A DNA stretch of 64,000 nt from Octopus sinensis (taxonomy: Eukaryota): assembly GCF_006345805.1 (NCBI RefSeq), contig NC_043002.1, positions 106,578,001 through 106,642,000 of the forward strand, given 5' to 3'. The translations under genes were made by a program, and so were the position numbers. The notes under the pieces are model-generated. The model was given only the letters and a program-made list of their open reading frames with translations. It had not been told where the DNA came from and did no database searches. Shown in pieces: positions 1 through 12,876 of the stretch. The stretch's first letter is position 1, and the number at the start of each line of letters is the position of its first letter.

Positions 1-244
1 TGGGCCACTCAGTAACCCTGTCACGATTGATCAGGGAGAAACCCATACACCCCCAAGGGTAGCCCACTCAGCACTGAGTGTTTGTGTGTATGTGCACACA
101 TGCACACATACACAATTACAGGTAAACGGGCAGAATCATTAAAGGGTCAGAATATCCTGTAGTACCTCTTAGTTTTCTGCACACTATGTTCAAATCCAAC
201 CAAATTTTACTTTATACTATGTTTACCCCATTTTTTAGAATACA

Positions 245-355
<111 letters not shown>

Positions 356-692
356 GGGGTGACTAAGAGAGTTAGCACCAGAAAAGGCATTCAGCTGTGA
401 AACACTACTGCAAAAGGTCCCGGCCAACCTATGCAAGCATGGACAAGCAGTAGTAAAAATAATGATGATGACATACACACATCATCATTACCGTCATCAC
501 CAGTGTTTGTATATTTGCCTTCTTCCATGCCAACCTAGGTGAGACAAAATTTACTGGTCCCAGATGCCTTGCCTTTCACTGACCTTTATCTGTTTGTCAA
601 GTAAAGTATTTTTATGTCAGTGATCATAATACAAAACTAATGAAATCACCAAGCTATAAAGCACATTTTTACTATTATATATATATATATAT

Positions 693-1075
693 AGCAAAAA
701 TTTAGATTCAGATGAATTAGGTACTTAAGTTGAGGCATCAGAATTTAGTATGGTATTATCCATACAATTTCAAAATAAGGTGATTAAAATCAAAATAGGC
801 AACAGGATATCCAGAGGCTTAGAAGTTTAGTAGCTTCTAAGCTGAAGTGAAGACAGCATGTTCCTGGTCTATCTCCTTAACTTCTTGGAGGTTTTAGGTA
901 AAAATATACTAATGTGTCCATCTGTTTTAATTTAATTTAATTCTATGTCTTTGTGCAGCTGAGGATTGCTCTGCATTTAAATTCATGTAATGGTTGCACT
1001 GTTCAATTAAATGGAGTCGCTTGAAACGATCGTGCTGCATTACCTCTGGATATCCTGTTGCTTATTTTGATCTTA
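693..1075. mobile_element. Penelope-like-element-type terminal fragment with internal inversion
   Basis: 788-817 is the inverted copy of 1043-1072. Homologous to 24925-25227, 51303-51606 and 52619-52790. Flanked by (TA)n and carries the HHR motif. Confidence 0.55.
954..1039 (+). ncRNA. Type-I hammerhead ribozyme motif with extended stem II (H17=G, probably inactive)
   Basis: Stem I TGCAG (954-958)/CTGCA (1035-1039); CTGAGGA 959-965; GAAAC 1023-1027; perfect palindrome ACGATCGT 1026-1033; stem II includes CATTTAA/TTAAATG and CTC/GAG pairing. Confidence 0.65.
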
Positions 1076-1088
1076 TATATATATACAT

Positions 1089-1119
<31 letters not shown>

Positions 1120-2872
1120 AACTCTGAGTAACAGTTTTTGTGATGTCTTTTGCAGCTTTATTAACAGTGTGTGTGAGAGAGAGAGAGACCATTTAAACAC
1201 CCATTTGTCCATGCCTGCATGGGTCAACTGGAATTTATACATGTATATATATATATATATTTGTATATCATATTTGTGTGCATAGATATATAAATGTGTG
1301 TTTTACACTAAACATTCGAACATTACCCATGAATGCATGACATACCACAAAAAACATTACACCACACCCATATAAACACACACACATGCACATATTTAAA
1401 ACAATGCAAATGCCCACACATATTTATTATTTGTTGAACATTTAAATAGACATTCATACGCACAGAAACCACATCAACCAATCCCATCCACAGACACGCA
1501 CACACATACACACACTATAGAAAAGACACGGTCACAAGTTAAGACACAAACCAACCCTCATATGTTTAGAAACACTAGCATAAAATATTTAAGAAATAAA
1601 AAAAAAATTATTCAAAAGAAAAAAAAAACACACTTAAGACCAACAAATAATAAAAATGTGTTTAATTTTTTTAAAAAATATATGAATTTTTTTTTTTTTT
1701 CTGTGTATCCTTCTTCCTTTCTTTCGTCCTTATGTCCTCTCAGAGTAAGAAAAGAAAAAGACAGCAAAGAGCAGTTAAATTTCTTTACCTTTGACTATAG
1801 AGCTTAGCATTTGTGATATGTAAGATAGTTATGCCCTAATTCACAGCACAATTGCTTGTTGTTAGACCAGATATTTCAGTATATGTGCACGCACGCATGC
1901 ATGCACACACAAGTATTTAAAGGAACATTGAACTGAAGACATTTAAATATATAAAAAGTTCTTTTTAAAATATCTGAATTTCTCTCTCTTTCTCTGTATA
2001 TATATAAATAAAGGTATTGGGTATCATTTATATCTGACATACCTGTGGATTACAGCAAGAAAAAGATAGGTAGAGGTTTCTGCTTAGATGTGAGGTGGGG
2101 TATACTTAATAAAATATCTATCAACGATCTTTAACCAGTCTACCCAAGAACATAGTAATACCACTGAGTTCTGGGGTGCCTCACAGAACAGGGGTACTAA
2201 AACTGTACAAAGTAGCAACAGTATGGTGAGGCACACTGTGGCAGAAACGTTAGCACTCCGGGCGAAATACTTAGCAGTATTTCGTCTGCCATTACGTTCT
2301 GAGTTCAAATTCCGTCAAGGTCGACTTTGCCTTTCATCCTTTCGGGGTCGATTAAATAAGTACCAGTTACGCACTGGGGTTGATATAATCGACTTAATCC
2401 ATTTGTCTGTCCTTGTTTGTCCTCTATGTGTTTAGCCCCTTGTGGGTAGTACAGAAACAAGTTATCTGGGGTACCATTATGTTCTGGGGTACCATGGTAT
2501 TCTAAGATATGTTTTTTAACTCTAGGTCAACTCTGCTCTAGAAGAAATAATGAAAAGCATTCCAGCCATGCCTATCCCATCATTTTTTCAAACATAAACA
2601 GCATAACTAGAAGTGCATGATACAAAGTGTCTTAAAAACCAGAAGGACATGATTTGTGCAAGATTTGGTTGCTATATCTAACTCTGGAGTGCTTTGATGA
2701 AATGTGTCACCATGAGGCTGTTGTTTAGTCTCAGACTGTGCCTGGCAAAGCAGGCCGGTGATCAAATGTGTGTGCTGAGTTGGTTACCAATCCACCACCC
2801 ATGTTAACACAGTAACTTGAGGCGAGGTAATATTATGCTTCCAGGATCAATGCAATGAATACCAAAGGTTTC

Positions 2873-3372
2873 ATCAGCCAGACACATTTTACCTTTCTTC
2901 AACCAGACACCTTTTACCTGTCTTCAGCCAGACACCTTTTACCTGTCTTCAGCCAGACACCTTTCCCCTTTCTTCAACCAGACACCTTTCACCTTTCTTC
3001 AGCCAGACACCTTTTACCTTTCTTCAACAAGACACCTTTTACCTGTCTTCAGCCAGACACCTTTTACCTTTCTTCAGCCAGACACCTTTTACCTTTCTTC
3101 AATGAGACACCTTTCTTCAACGAGACACCTTTCACCTTTCTTCAATGAGACACCTTTCTTCAACCAGACACCTTTCTTCAGCCAGACACCTTTCACCTTT
3201 CTTCAACGAGACACCTTTCTTCAGCCAGACACCTTTCACCTTTCTTCAACGAGACACCTTTCTTCAGCCAGACACCTTTCTTCAGCCAGACACCTTTCTT
3301 CAGCCAGACACCTTTCTTCAGCCAGACACCTTTCTTCAGCCAGACACCTTTCACCTTTCTTCAACCAGACAC
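2873..3372. repeat. Compound minisatellite of related 25-bp and 18-bp units (CAGCCAGACACCTTT[CACCTTT]CTT)
   Basis: 25-bp units dominate on the left and 18-bp units on the right (e.g. starts at 3301, 3319). Confidence 0.9.
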
Positions 3373-3699
3373 AGTTAGACCTGTACCTGTATCACTTTAC
3401 ATTTTAGGCAAAACCTGATGCCTATACAAAAGGCATTTATTAAATATCTTAGAAACACCAATGGTTTGATAATATAAACTGATGTAAAAACTGCATCATC
3501 TCTTCTGTAGTCAGCAAAAAATATTTACAAGAGATTACCTTCTTATGAGATTATCTTACATCAAACACTATCAAAAATGCCAGATGTAAACCTAGAGGAA
3601 GCAGAGGTGAGATGAAAGTGCCAGAAATTTTACACAACACACACACACACACGACACCAGTATGCTTCGCTGGATGTGCAATGTCACTGTGTATGTTTG

Positions 3700-3990
3700 A
3701 CAGAGTGTAAGCATCTTGAGAGAAAGGCTGGGCATAAGAGGCATCAGATGTGGTGTGCAAGAGAGACAACTGCACTGGTATAGTCATGTGGTGCGTACAG
3801 ACAAGGACAACTGCGTAAAGAAGTGCCGAACTCTAAGTGTGGAAGGAACCTGTGGTAGGGGTAGACACAGGAAGACATGGGATGAGGTGGTAAAGCATGA
3901 CCTTTGAACTTTGGGCCTCACAATGACTAGTGACTGAGGCCTTTGGCAATATGCTGCGCTTGAGAAGACCCGCCAAACCAAGTGAATTCG
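3700..3990 (+). mobile_element. RTE-clade LINE 3' remnant
   Basis: LRERLGIRGIRCGVQERQLHWYSHV...VKKC..L.VEGTCGRGR.RKTWDEVVKHDL is the RTE C-terminal signature (RL.W.GHV...GRP.KTW). Confidence 0.8.
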
Positions 3991-4581
3991 TAGTCGTGGC
4001 TGATGCTGGTGTCATGTAACTGGCACCCATGCTGGTAGCACATAAAAAGCACTTTAAAGCGTTGGGCATCGTGGAAACAAAGTGGCTGAGCTACTAATCA
4101 AGTGTTGGGCCTCACAGAGACAATGACCAATGCCTTTGGCATTATGTTGTACTTGAGAAGAAGACCCATCAAGCTGAGCAAAATTGCAGTCGTGGCAGAT
4201 GCCGGTGACATGCTGGTGGCACTCATTACACTCTCAGAGTGGTTGGTGTTAGGAAGGGCTTCCAGCCATAGAAACTGGAGTCTGGTGCAGCCTCCCAGCT
4301 TGCCAGCTCTGGTCAAACTGTCAAACCCATGCCAGCATGGACAACAAGCATTTAAATGATGATGATGATCATCATCATCATTATGATATATATATATGGT
4401 TCAAAATTATACAAAAAACAAAAGAAAGAGACAGGTGAGGGAACAACAAACAAGGCTTCTTAGTTTGACACTCAGGAAAAATGGAAAACATTTCTGATGT
4501 TTCGTGCCTACACTTTTCTTCTACAGAAAGACGTGTATGTATATACATACACATACATACATATACACACACCTCTTTCAA

Positions 4582-4975
4582 TCTCTCTATATATAAAGCT
4601 GAAGTTGTCTGTGTATGGCAGGTTTGGTAGCCTTCAACTAACACTATCTCCTCCGAGACCCTGCTGCACAAGTTCACCAAAATTGAGAGTATGATAGAAG
4701 AAGCCTTGCTCTTCCTTCCGTAGAAGAAAAAAATTCAAATCGAACCATGTTAACACCAAAAATTATTTACATCAAATAGGTGCTTTTTTTCTATGAAAAT
4801 CCCTATTTTTAACGATTTTTTTACTGTTTGTGTCGCCATTTTTCGGTGTATTTCAACCAGAAAAATGTTTACTTAAAGAGAATAACAAGCTACATAATGC
4901 AAAATTTTTACTTTTCAAAAATTCCAATTCTAAAAGGTTGAAACAAACCCGAGCAACGCCGGGTAATATTGCTAG
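4582..4975 (+). mobile_element. Non-autonomous Helitron, family H1 copy 1 (394 bp)
   Basis: 5' TC after A; 3' hairpin ACCCG-AGCAACGC-CGGGT (4947-4964) then CTAG before T; no TSD; near-identical same-length copy at 57520-57913. Confidence 0.85.
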
Positions 4976-5282
4976 TATATCATAAACATTGATGGAACAT
5001 TCCTTTAAAATCCTTCCACCAAGTCTAAAGATGGTATTTAATCATCTGTGAGGTCTCCACTTGACAGAGGTGGCAACCAGATCACACTACCAACTTATAA
5101 AACTAGAAGGACACATTAAATAAGGTATCCCTAGATACACTATGTCTGACAAAAACAAAAACTGATGGATGTTCATGGTTGGAATGCCCTTGATTATAGT
5201 TTTACTGGATCAGAATTGACCTCAGGCTAAACAACAATAATACTCTTTACACAGGAACACACAGAATTACACACACACATAT

Positions 5283-5329
<47 letters not shown>

Positions 5330-5827
5330 CCAGTGCAGAGACAGAGGAGACAGCTTTTATTAGATAACTGAAAACAAAAGAAGGAATCCAACTGATACTG
5401 ACATGAGAAGATTATTGGAGCAAATAGTGCAAGGACAAGCCCATTGTTTTGCCAGAGTTCAATTATATTAATCAGTTCAATGTTCATTAATCAATCGTTC
5501 TGTTCAGATTATGTACCTACTCCTCCTCCTCCTTTCACCACAACGCCCCATCACAATCACACAAACACCTCCACAATTACCTACCCAGACCATTGTACCA
5601 TTACAACATCTTATAGTCTACTGTCTACCGCCTTAATAACAAAACACAATACAGAAATAAGCTAGAATAAAACCAACGAGAACTAAAAGCTTTGAGTGAA
5701 AAGTTTTATTTTTATTGCACAAGACCAATGTCTAGTCCCAAATAATTACAAATAATTATTACAACAATTAGGAAGTGCAATGAGAAAAGTGACAACAGCA
5801 GACAGAAACTGAAAGAAGCCTGTCGTA

Positions 5828-5878
<51 letters not shown>

Positions 5879-6608
5879 CTGTGTTTGTTCCCCTAGCATT
5901 GCTTGACAACCGATGCTGGTGTGTTTACGTCCTCATCACTTAGCGGTTCGGCAAAAGAGACCGATAGAATAAGTACTGGGCTTACAAAAGAATAAAATCC
6001 CGGGGTCGATTTGCTCGACTAAAGGCGCTGCTCCAGCATGGCCGCAGTCAAATGACTGAAACAAGTAAAAGAGTAAAAGTGACAACAGCATTTCTAGTTG
6101 CTTGACCCTTATCAAATTCAAGAATATTTATGGACAAAACCAAGTTGGCAGCGAAGTCCACTGGACAATATGGTAACACTTCAACTTGAAATTAGACAAA
6201 AAGTGGTACAAACATGAACCAAGCATGATATACAATGATAAGATGGCCAAAGTCATTTGAATCAGACGTGACTAGACTAACAAGGAAATCATTGGAAACT
6301 GTCTAAATATATTATCAAGGACTAGAACAAAAATGTGTTATATTCTGATAACCATCTCGATCCCATCTGAGCAGAACGTTGCCCAGGAGAAGGAGGAGGT
6401 GGAAAAACTATTGATGTACAAGGAACTTCAAACTAAATGAAACAGGATGTAGAACATGAAAGCGGAAACACTATCGATAATTAGAGAACGAGGAATGATA
6501 ACGAAAAAATTACATACAGTCCAAAAGACAGCCTTGCAAGGCACAGCCTATATCATACGCAACACACTCTCAATTCAAACAGCTCGCACACTACACACAA
6601 ACACACAC

Positions 6609-6646
<38 letters not shown>

Positions 6647-6651
6647 TATAT

Positions 6652-6855
6652 AAGGTTTGGTGCATAATTATTGTGCCTTTTTTCCAATAAATTTTATTCA
6701 ACAAAAACAATAACACCATTTAACAAAAACATCTTTAAATGATTATTCTGGAGCATATTCACCATCTACTTCAATTTCTGCTTGGCATTTTCTTTAAATT
6801 TTTTGTTGAATAAACTTTATTGAAAAAAAGTCGCAATAATTATGCACCAACCTAA
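6652..6855. mobile_element. Mariner-derived MITE
   Basis: Long TIRs AGGTTTGGTGCATAATTATTG.../...CAATAATTATGCACCAACCTAA extended by AATAAA.TTTATTCAACAAAAA; TA flanks. Confidence 0.8.
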
Positions 6856-7344
6856 TATATACACCTTATACACTAACTACCCAAAACATTAACACAACTT
6901 GCACACCGTGTACTCAACAAAATCTCCACCCAATAAAAAAAATACAACACATACTCTTACCTAACATATAGAACCCTACAATGTAACACCAACAACTGAC
7001 ATTGTATACTGTTAGCCAGCCATGAATATAAAACAACAATCAAAGTATATAGCAGGGTATGGAGTTATTTTAGTGGGGCCTGGATTAGCTCAGAATGAGG
7101 CGTAAGTAAAGAATAAGTGAATAAGACCTGTAGTAAAGTTTTAATTAAAAAAAACTTCTTTTGAATATTAGAACTGTAGTTGCCTGGCAAGAGATTTGAT
7201 CTGAAACTGTGCATTGGAACTAAAGCAATTTCAGCATGGAAGATGCTTACAGGCCATTCACAAACACACCAAAACTGTTGATTCCACTTTTGTAGTGGAA
7301 TGGAGTCAGTGGTTCCTTCATTGGTCAACAGGTTTCTTAGAAAA

Positions 7345-7758
7345 GGCGGCGAGCTGGCAGAAATGTTAGCACGCCAGGCGAAATGCGTAGCGGTATTTCG
7401 TCTGTCGCTACGTTCTGAGTTCAAATTCCACCGAGGTCGACTTTGCCTTTCATCCTTTCGGGGTCGATAAATTAAGTACCAGTTACGCACTGGGGTCGAT
7501 GTAATCGACTTAATACTTATGTCTGTCCTTGTTTGTCCCTTCTATGTTTAGCCCCTTGTGGGTAATAAAGAAATAGGTATTTCATCTGCCATTACGTTCT
7601 GAGTTCAAATTCTGCCGAGGTTCACTTTGCCTTTTATCCTTTTGGGATCGATAAATTAAGTACCAGTTACGCACTGGGGTCGATGTAATTGACTTAATCC
7701 GTTTGTCTGTCCTTGTTTGTCCCCTCTGTGTTCAGCCCCTTGTGGGTAGTAAAGAAAT
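7345..7758 (+). mobile_element. SINE-like family A (GAGCTGGCAGAA..GTTCAAATTCC..GGTCGACTTTGCC), with tandem duplication of its 3' part
   Basis: Other copies approx. 2226-2458(+), 19875-20090(+), 20105-20330(+), 20340-20540(-), 34810-35010(-), 36495-36705(-), 37597-38006(-), 50350-50530(-), 55220-55390(-); contains a B-box-like GTTCAAATTCC. Confidence 0.75.
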
Positions 7759-10700
7759 GGGTTTCTTAGAACATGGTCAGAGAAAGAAAGTTACAGTGTG
7801 TGATGAGGGAGTTTTCTCCATAACCCTCTACCAGCTAGAAACAACACTATCATCTTGAAGAAAGGACATGTTGGATAATGCAATCCTAGATACACTGTGT
7901 CTGGAAAAGGGTGGGATGGTCATGGCAGAAAAGCTCTTGGTCATAGTTTTGTTTAATCAGAGCTGGCTTGAGCTTAAACAGCAACCACCATCAATGGTTA
8001 CATGAGCAAAAGTAAATAGAATAATTAAAGAATTTATTAAAAAATTGCTTTCTGTTGATATTCAGCCATCAATAAGTCTTGATCTAACAAATTTATGTTC
8101 AAAGGCATTCCAACTGTGACCATCTCATCCTTTTGCTTCAGACACAATGTATCTACAACTACATTATCCAATGTGTATTTCTCTGAAGATGGTAGGGTGT
8201 CATTTAACCCTTTTGATACCCCCCACCTGCACCTGAAATTACCCCCAAGTTCTATGTTACAAAACTTCCTATTTTAAAATTATCTAAACGTGTGTGTGTG
8301 TATGTATGTGTGAGTGTGTGTGGTCACATGTAGCTTATCTAGACATCAAGTGATGGTCGCCAATGAACACCATTGTCATACACGCAAGGTTGTTCATTTC
8401 CAGTTTCCATGAAAAACATGTCAGATCAAAGGGAAAATATTATGTTGCTTAGAAACAGATGAAGGCTGACAACAGGAACAGCATCTGGACACAAGAAATC
8501 TGCCTCAACACATTCAATGATGATGATGATGATGATGGTGATGTACACATTCATGCATAAATTTTAGATGAGGAATGGATAACTCTAAAATTCTGTTTGG
8601 TCTTTCAAGGATGTAGCGAAATTTAGACCCGATAAATATTCATGAAATACTTGCTTGAACTGGTTTCCTAGGAATAACTTGTCGAACAAATAATGGAACT
8701 TTGTCAAGTTAAACCAGATAACTTGAATTTCCTCTGATGTGTGCTTAACAGTTATCATTTGAATGTTTAGATCTATCTAACGCCAGGGAAGAATGAACAA
8801 AGATGGTGATGATGATGATGACGATGGGTGAATGTGGTGGTGGTGGCGGTGGTGAAGAAAAAGGAAGTACCAAGGAACTAAATATTAAGTATATTTAGTA
8901 AGAACTATTTTGAACTAATGTAACTTTATTTTATCTACACACACACGCAGCACACATATACATACACTGCCATCACACACCTACACACACACACACAAGA
9001 AATTAAAGACATGGAAACAAGAAACTATGCCGTTTAAGTCGAGGCCAGCCTTGAACCAGTAAACCTGTAATTGAAAGGTTACTTGTCAAACCAGCCCATC
9101 TTTTGTTCAGGGAAAAGTCTATCTAAGCCTACATTATCCTATGTGTCTTTAATATTTTAAGATTCAGTGTTACTCGATTTGACTGCTGTATCTAGCAGGT
9201 TGAGTGACCACTTACAAGCTCCCTCAGGGAAGATTATAAGTAGGACAGATGGTAATTCAGAGATGCTGGTTCAATTCATGCCCAGATGGATTACTAGATA
9301 ATTTTGTCAAACAAACAACTGAATCTCCTAGAACAACAATTATTGACCAAAGAAGCCTCTATGCTAGAAATAACACCCTATCATCTGAAAAGGGAAAGAA
9401 TCATTTTTCAGTAATGAAGAATGTCCTGGGTAACAAAGAAATATTGAATGGCCAAGACAGGAACAGCCTTCCTTATCAGTCTGCTGGGTGAGGACCAATC
9501 AACAACAACAATAACAACTAAAGCAATTTGTCAAACAACTTAGGGAGCTTCTCTAGAAAAACAGACCTCAACCACTGATGTTTTTATATGGTCAAAAGAT
9601 TTGTAGAAATAATAGCTAAATCTCCCTCAAATCATGTCTTACTCTCTTTTTAAAAAATCAACACTGAATAATGTGGTCCCAGGTAGTCTATGCCTGAATG
9701 AGTCAGGAAATCACAGATGGAATACTTTAGATCACAGGTTGACTGGATCAGAAGTAAACTTGATATAAACAAGATTCTTGTTCATTCCCTCTCCGCCACT
9801 CACATCCTACATTATTTTGTTAATCTTTTTATCCTTAAGGAAGGCCCAAGACTCTTTACAAAACCTCCATGACTTTCAAGAGGGAAGAAATTATCCTTAA
9901 ACTAGAGACCTGGTCCATGCAACAGAGTAGGATCTGTTAAAGGCACTCAAGGGACGAAGAGTGGTCTTATACTAGGTAGTGGGTTAAGTCCACCAACCCA
10001 ATAAGCTTTGGCAGGATTTTGAACTCACAACACAAAGAGCCACAATAAATAATGCAAGGAATCTAAGCTTATGTTCTTACAGTTTCACTAAGCCACTGTC
10101 CTGGATTAGTAACTTTAATTGACTCCAAATGCCTGAAAAGTAAAGTTACCCTCAGCGGGATTTGAACTCAGGCTGCCAAAGTTAGAAGACATACTGTGAG
10201 GCATTTCAGCCAATGTTCTAACAACTTTGCCAATTCAATGCTTATGTTTTTCTGATGTCAGACAGAAGCTTTATTTTATCAGTAAATTTGTATCATCATC
10301 ATCATCATTATTTTAATTCGTTCATGAAAAGCATGTCTGACCATGGAGAAATAGTACTTTGTTTGGAAATAGGTGAGAGTAAGCAACAAGAAGAGCATTC
10401 AGCAGAAGAATTCCATCTGACCCATGCAAACTCAGAAAACTGGATATTTAAATGATGATGATCTCACACACAACAGGCAAGATGCCTTAAGGTAGTCGGG
10501 TGGTAGACTTTTCCCAGTTTACCATCACTGCCTAGTCCCTGATTGGCAAGCATTCAAGCCAGATACTGCCTTGAGCATTTGCTTCAACATTTAGAATATT
10601 TTTTTTTAAATTCTTCAACAAGTTTTTTATAAAAAGGAAAAAAATGAATCATAAACACAAAAAAGTACTTAAAGACAAACATTCCTAAACTCATGTCATT

Positions 10701-11374
10701 ATCATCACCATCATCATCATGAAAACTATAAAGAATAAGAAAGTTAAAGATGAAGAACTGTTGAACATCATGTGTATACCAAATTCCTCAGGGCACATAT
10801 TGCCGCTCCTAACCTTATAAAATCCATCTTCATACAGGGTTAGTACAGCTTTTAGAAGCCATTCAACTATTCCTAGTTTCCTTTGTAGAGAGATGTTAGG
10901 CCACAAAGCAAAGAATCTTGACAAAGGTTTTGCTCAAACCTCAAGATTAACAAGCAAATGGTAAGTAGACTGAACTACAAACTCTTCCATGCCATTGTCT
11001 CACCAGAAATAGGTCACCTGAGGGCTTCACACTGACACAAAACTTAAATTTTATCCTGGCTATCCGTATCCTCAACCGGCTTTACTAAAATCATATAAGC
11101 TTCCGAGTCTTGCTCCAGCAATTTGTTTGTGTGTGTGTGTGTGTGTGTGTGTGGGTGTGTCTCTGTCTCTCTCTCTTTATCTATCTATTTATCTCTCTAA
11201 GTATGTCTGCTCTTTCTTGTGACAGTTGACAACTGATATTGCCATGTCATTCATTGTAGAGAACACCTTCATATATTCTACCTGATTAACTTGCTAATGA
11301 GCAACACATGACCCACTTATTATCTTACATGTTCATCTCCTCCATAGCATTACTAACAACACAATAAACCTAAT

Positions 11375-11740
11375 CATAATCGTACCAGTCTCCCCTATTC
11401 ATTCCAGTCGGGCTGAGGTGTGCCTCAGTTGGTTTGTTTTTCCTTTAAGGTTTCGGTTTCGCTAGAAAAAGGGGTGCAGCCAAGGGCACAGCTCCCTTCT
11501 CTAGTCCATCTGCAAATCAATGGATACAGAAAAACAAGAGAAGAGAAGGAACTTCAGAGGGTCCACACATCAGGGAGGAAGAACTGAGTGAAGTGACTGG
11601 TAGGGATGCAGAAATGGGTTCATAACATGGGTGACGAAAAGAGAAGATATAGGAAGTGGTGCCTGAATGGAGATGTCTGGAGACTAGCAGGCTGCTCCAA
11701 GGGACAGAGACTATTGTAGTTGCAGAAAAACTACAGAAAA
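11375..11740 (-). mobile_element. Possible CR1/L2-type LINE 3' remnant
   Basis: Decayed ..QFFLPDV.TL*SS... (resembling SFFP...LWNSLP) and a short ATTATGATT tail. Confidence 0.3.
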
Positions 11741-12097
11741 AGGCAGAGAGACACAGACACTAAGGGTGCATGTGTCCATGGAATACACAGCCAGTTGCAT
11801 ACTAATTCAATGAGGAGGTAGTTCAGTGGATCAAACAACTGAATACGCCTCTAAACTGACATAGATCTCTGTGTGTGTGTGATAATATATATATATATAA
11901 GATATACAATATGTCTGCTTGTAAAATACCTACGTAACATTTACCAATCTATTCATATTTGCACATTCTTATTTTAAAAAAACACACAGAAATACTAAAT
12001 GTATTTTAAGGAAGGGTAGGAACCATTTGGAAATGTTACGGAGATATCTTACAAACAGATATGATGTATATCTTACATATACAAGTGTGTGTGTGCA

Positions 12098-12099
<2 letters not shown>

Positions 12100-12142
<43 letters not shown>

Positions 12143-12152
12143 AAGAGAGAGA

Positions 12153-12215
<63 letters not shown>

Positions 12216-12641
12216 TGAGAGTGAAGCAGGCATGGCTGTGGTTAAGAAGCTCACTTTGCAAATATGATGTTTGGAGTTCAGTCTCACTGCAAGGCACTTT
12301 GGGCAAAAGTGTTCTGTTATAGGCCTGGACCAACCAATATTTTGAGAGTAGAGTTGGCAGATGGAAAATGTGGAAGACCATCACAAGTGTGTTTATGTCT
12401 TTGCACTCCTGCCATCACTTAGCAACCAGTGTTATTTTGTTTATGTCCTTGTGACTCAGAAGTTTAGCAAAAGCAATCAATAGAACCACACTTCTGCAAA
12501 AACAAAAAAACTGCAGTCAATTTGTTCGGCTCAACCCTTGAAAGCAGTACCCCAGCATGGCCACAGTCCAGTGGCTGAAACAAGTAAAACAAAGTAAAAG
12601 AATGGAACCGGTAGACAGAAACTGAAAATAAGCCAGTCGTG

Positions 12642-12694
<53 letters not shown>

Positions 12695-12712
12695 TGGTGT
12701 GTGTGTGGTGTG

Positions 12713-12743
<31 letters not shown>

Positions 12744-12779
12744 TGTGTGTATGGTGTGTGTGGTGTGTGTGGTGTGGTG

Positions 12780-12810
<31 letters not shown>

Positions 12811-12833
12811 TGTGTGGTGGTGTGTGGTGTGTG

Positions 12834-12875
<42 letters not shown>
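12100..12875. repeat. (GA)n tract (12100-12215) and interrupted (GT)n/(GGT) tract (12645-12875)
   Basis: Direct reading; source of several spurious ORFs in the track. Confidence 0.95.

Positions 12876-12876
<1 letters not shown>

Noticed and set aside
2043-2200. Cryptic minus-strand exon with CAG|GTATGT donor
   Set aside because: Stops in all three frames and no kinase similarity.
2855-3407. Repetitive ORFs (SSARHL / FLQPDT repeats)
   Set aside because: By-products of the 25/18-bp minisatellite; no coding context.
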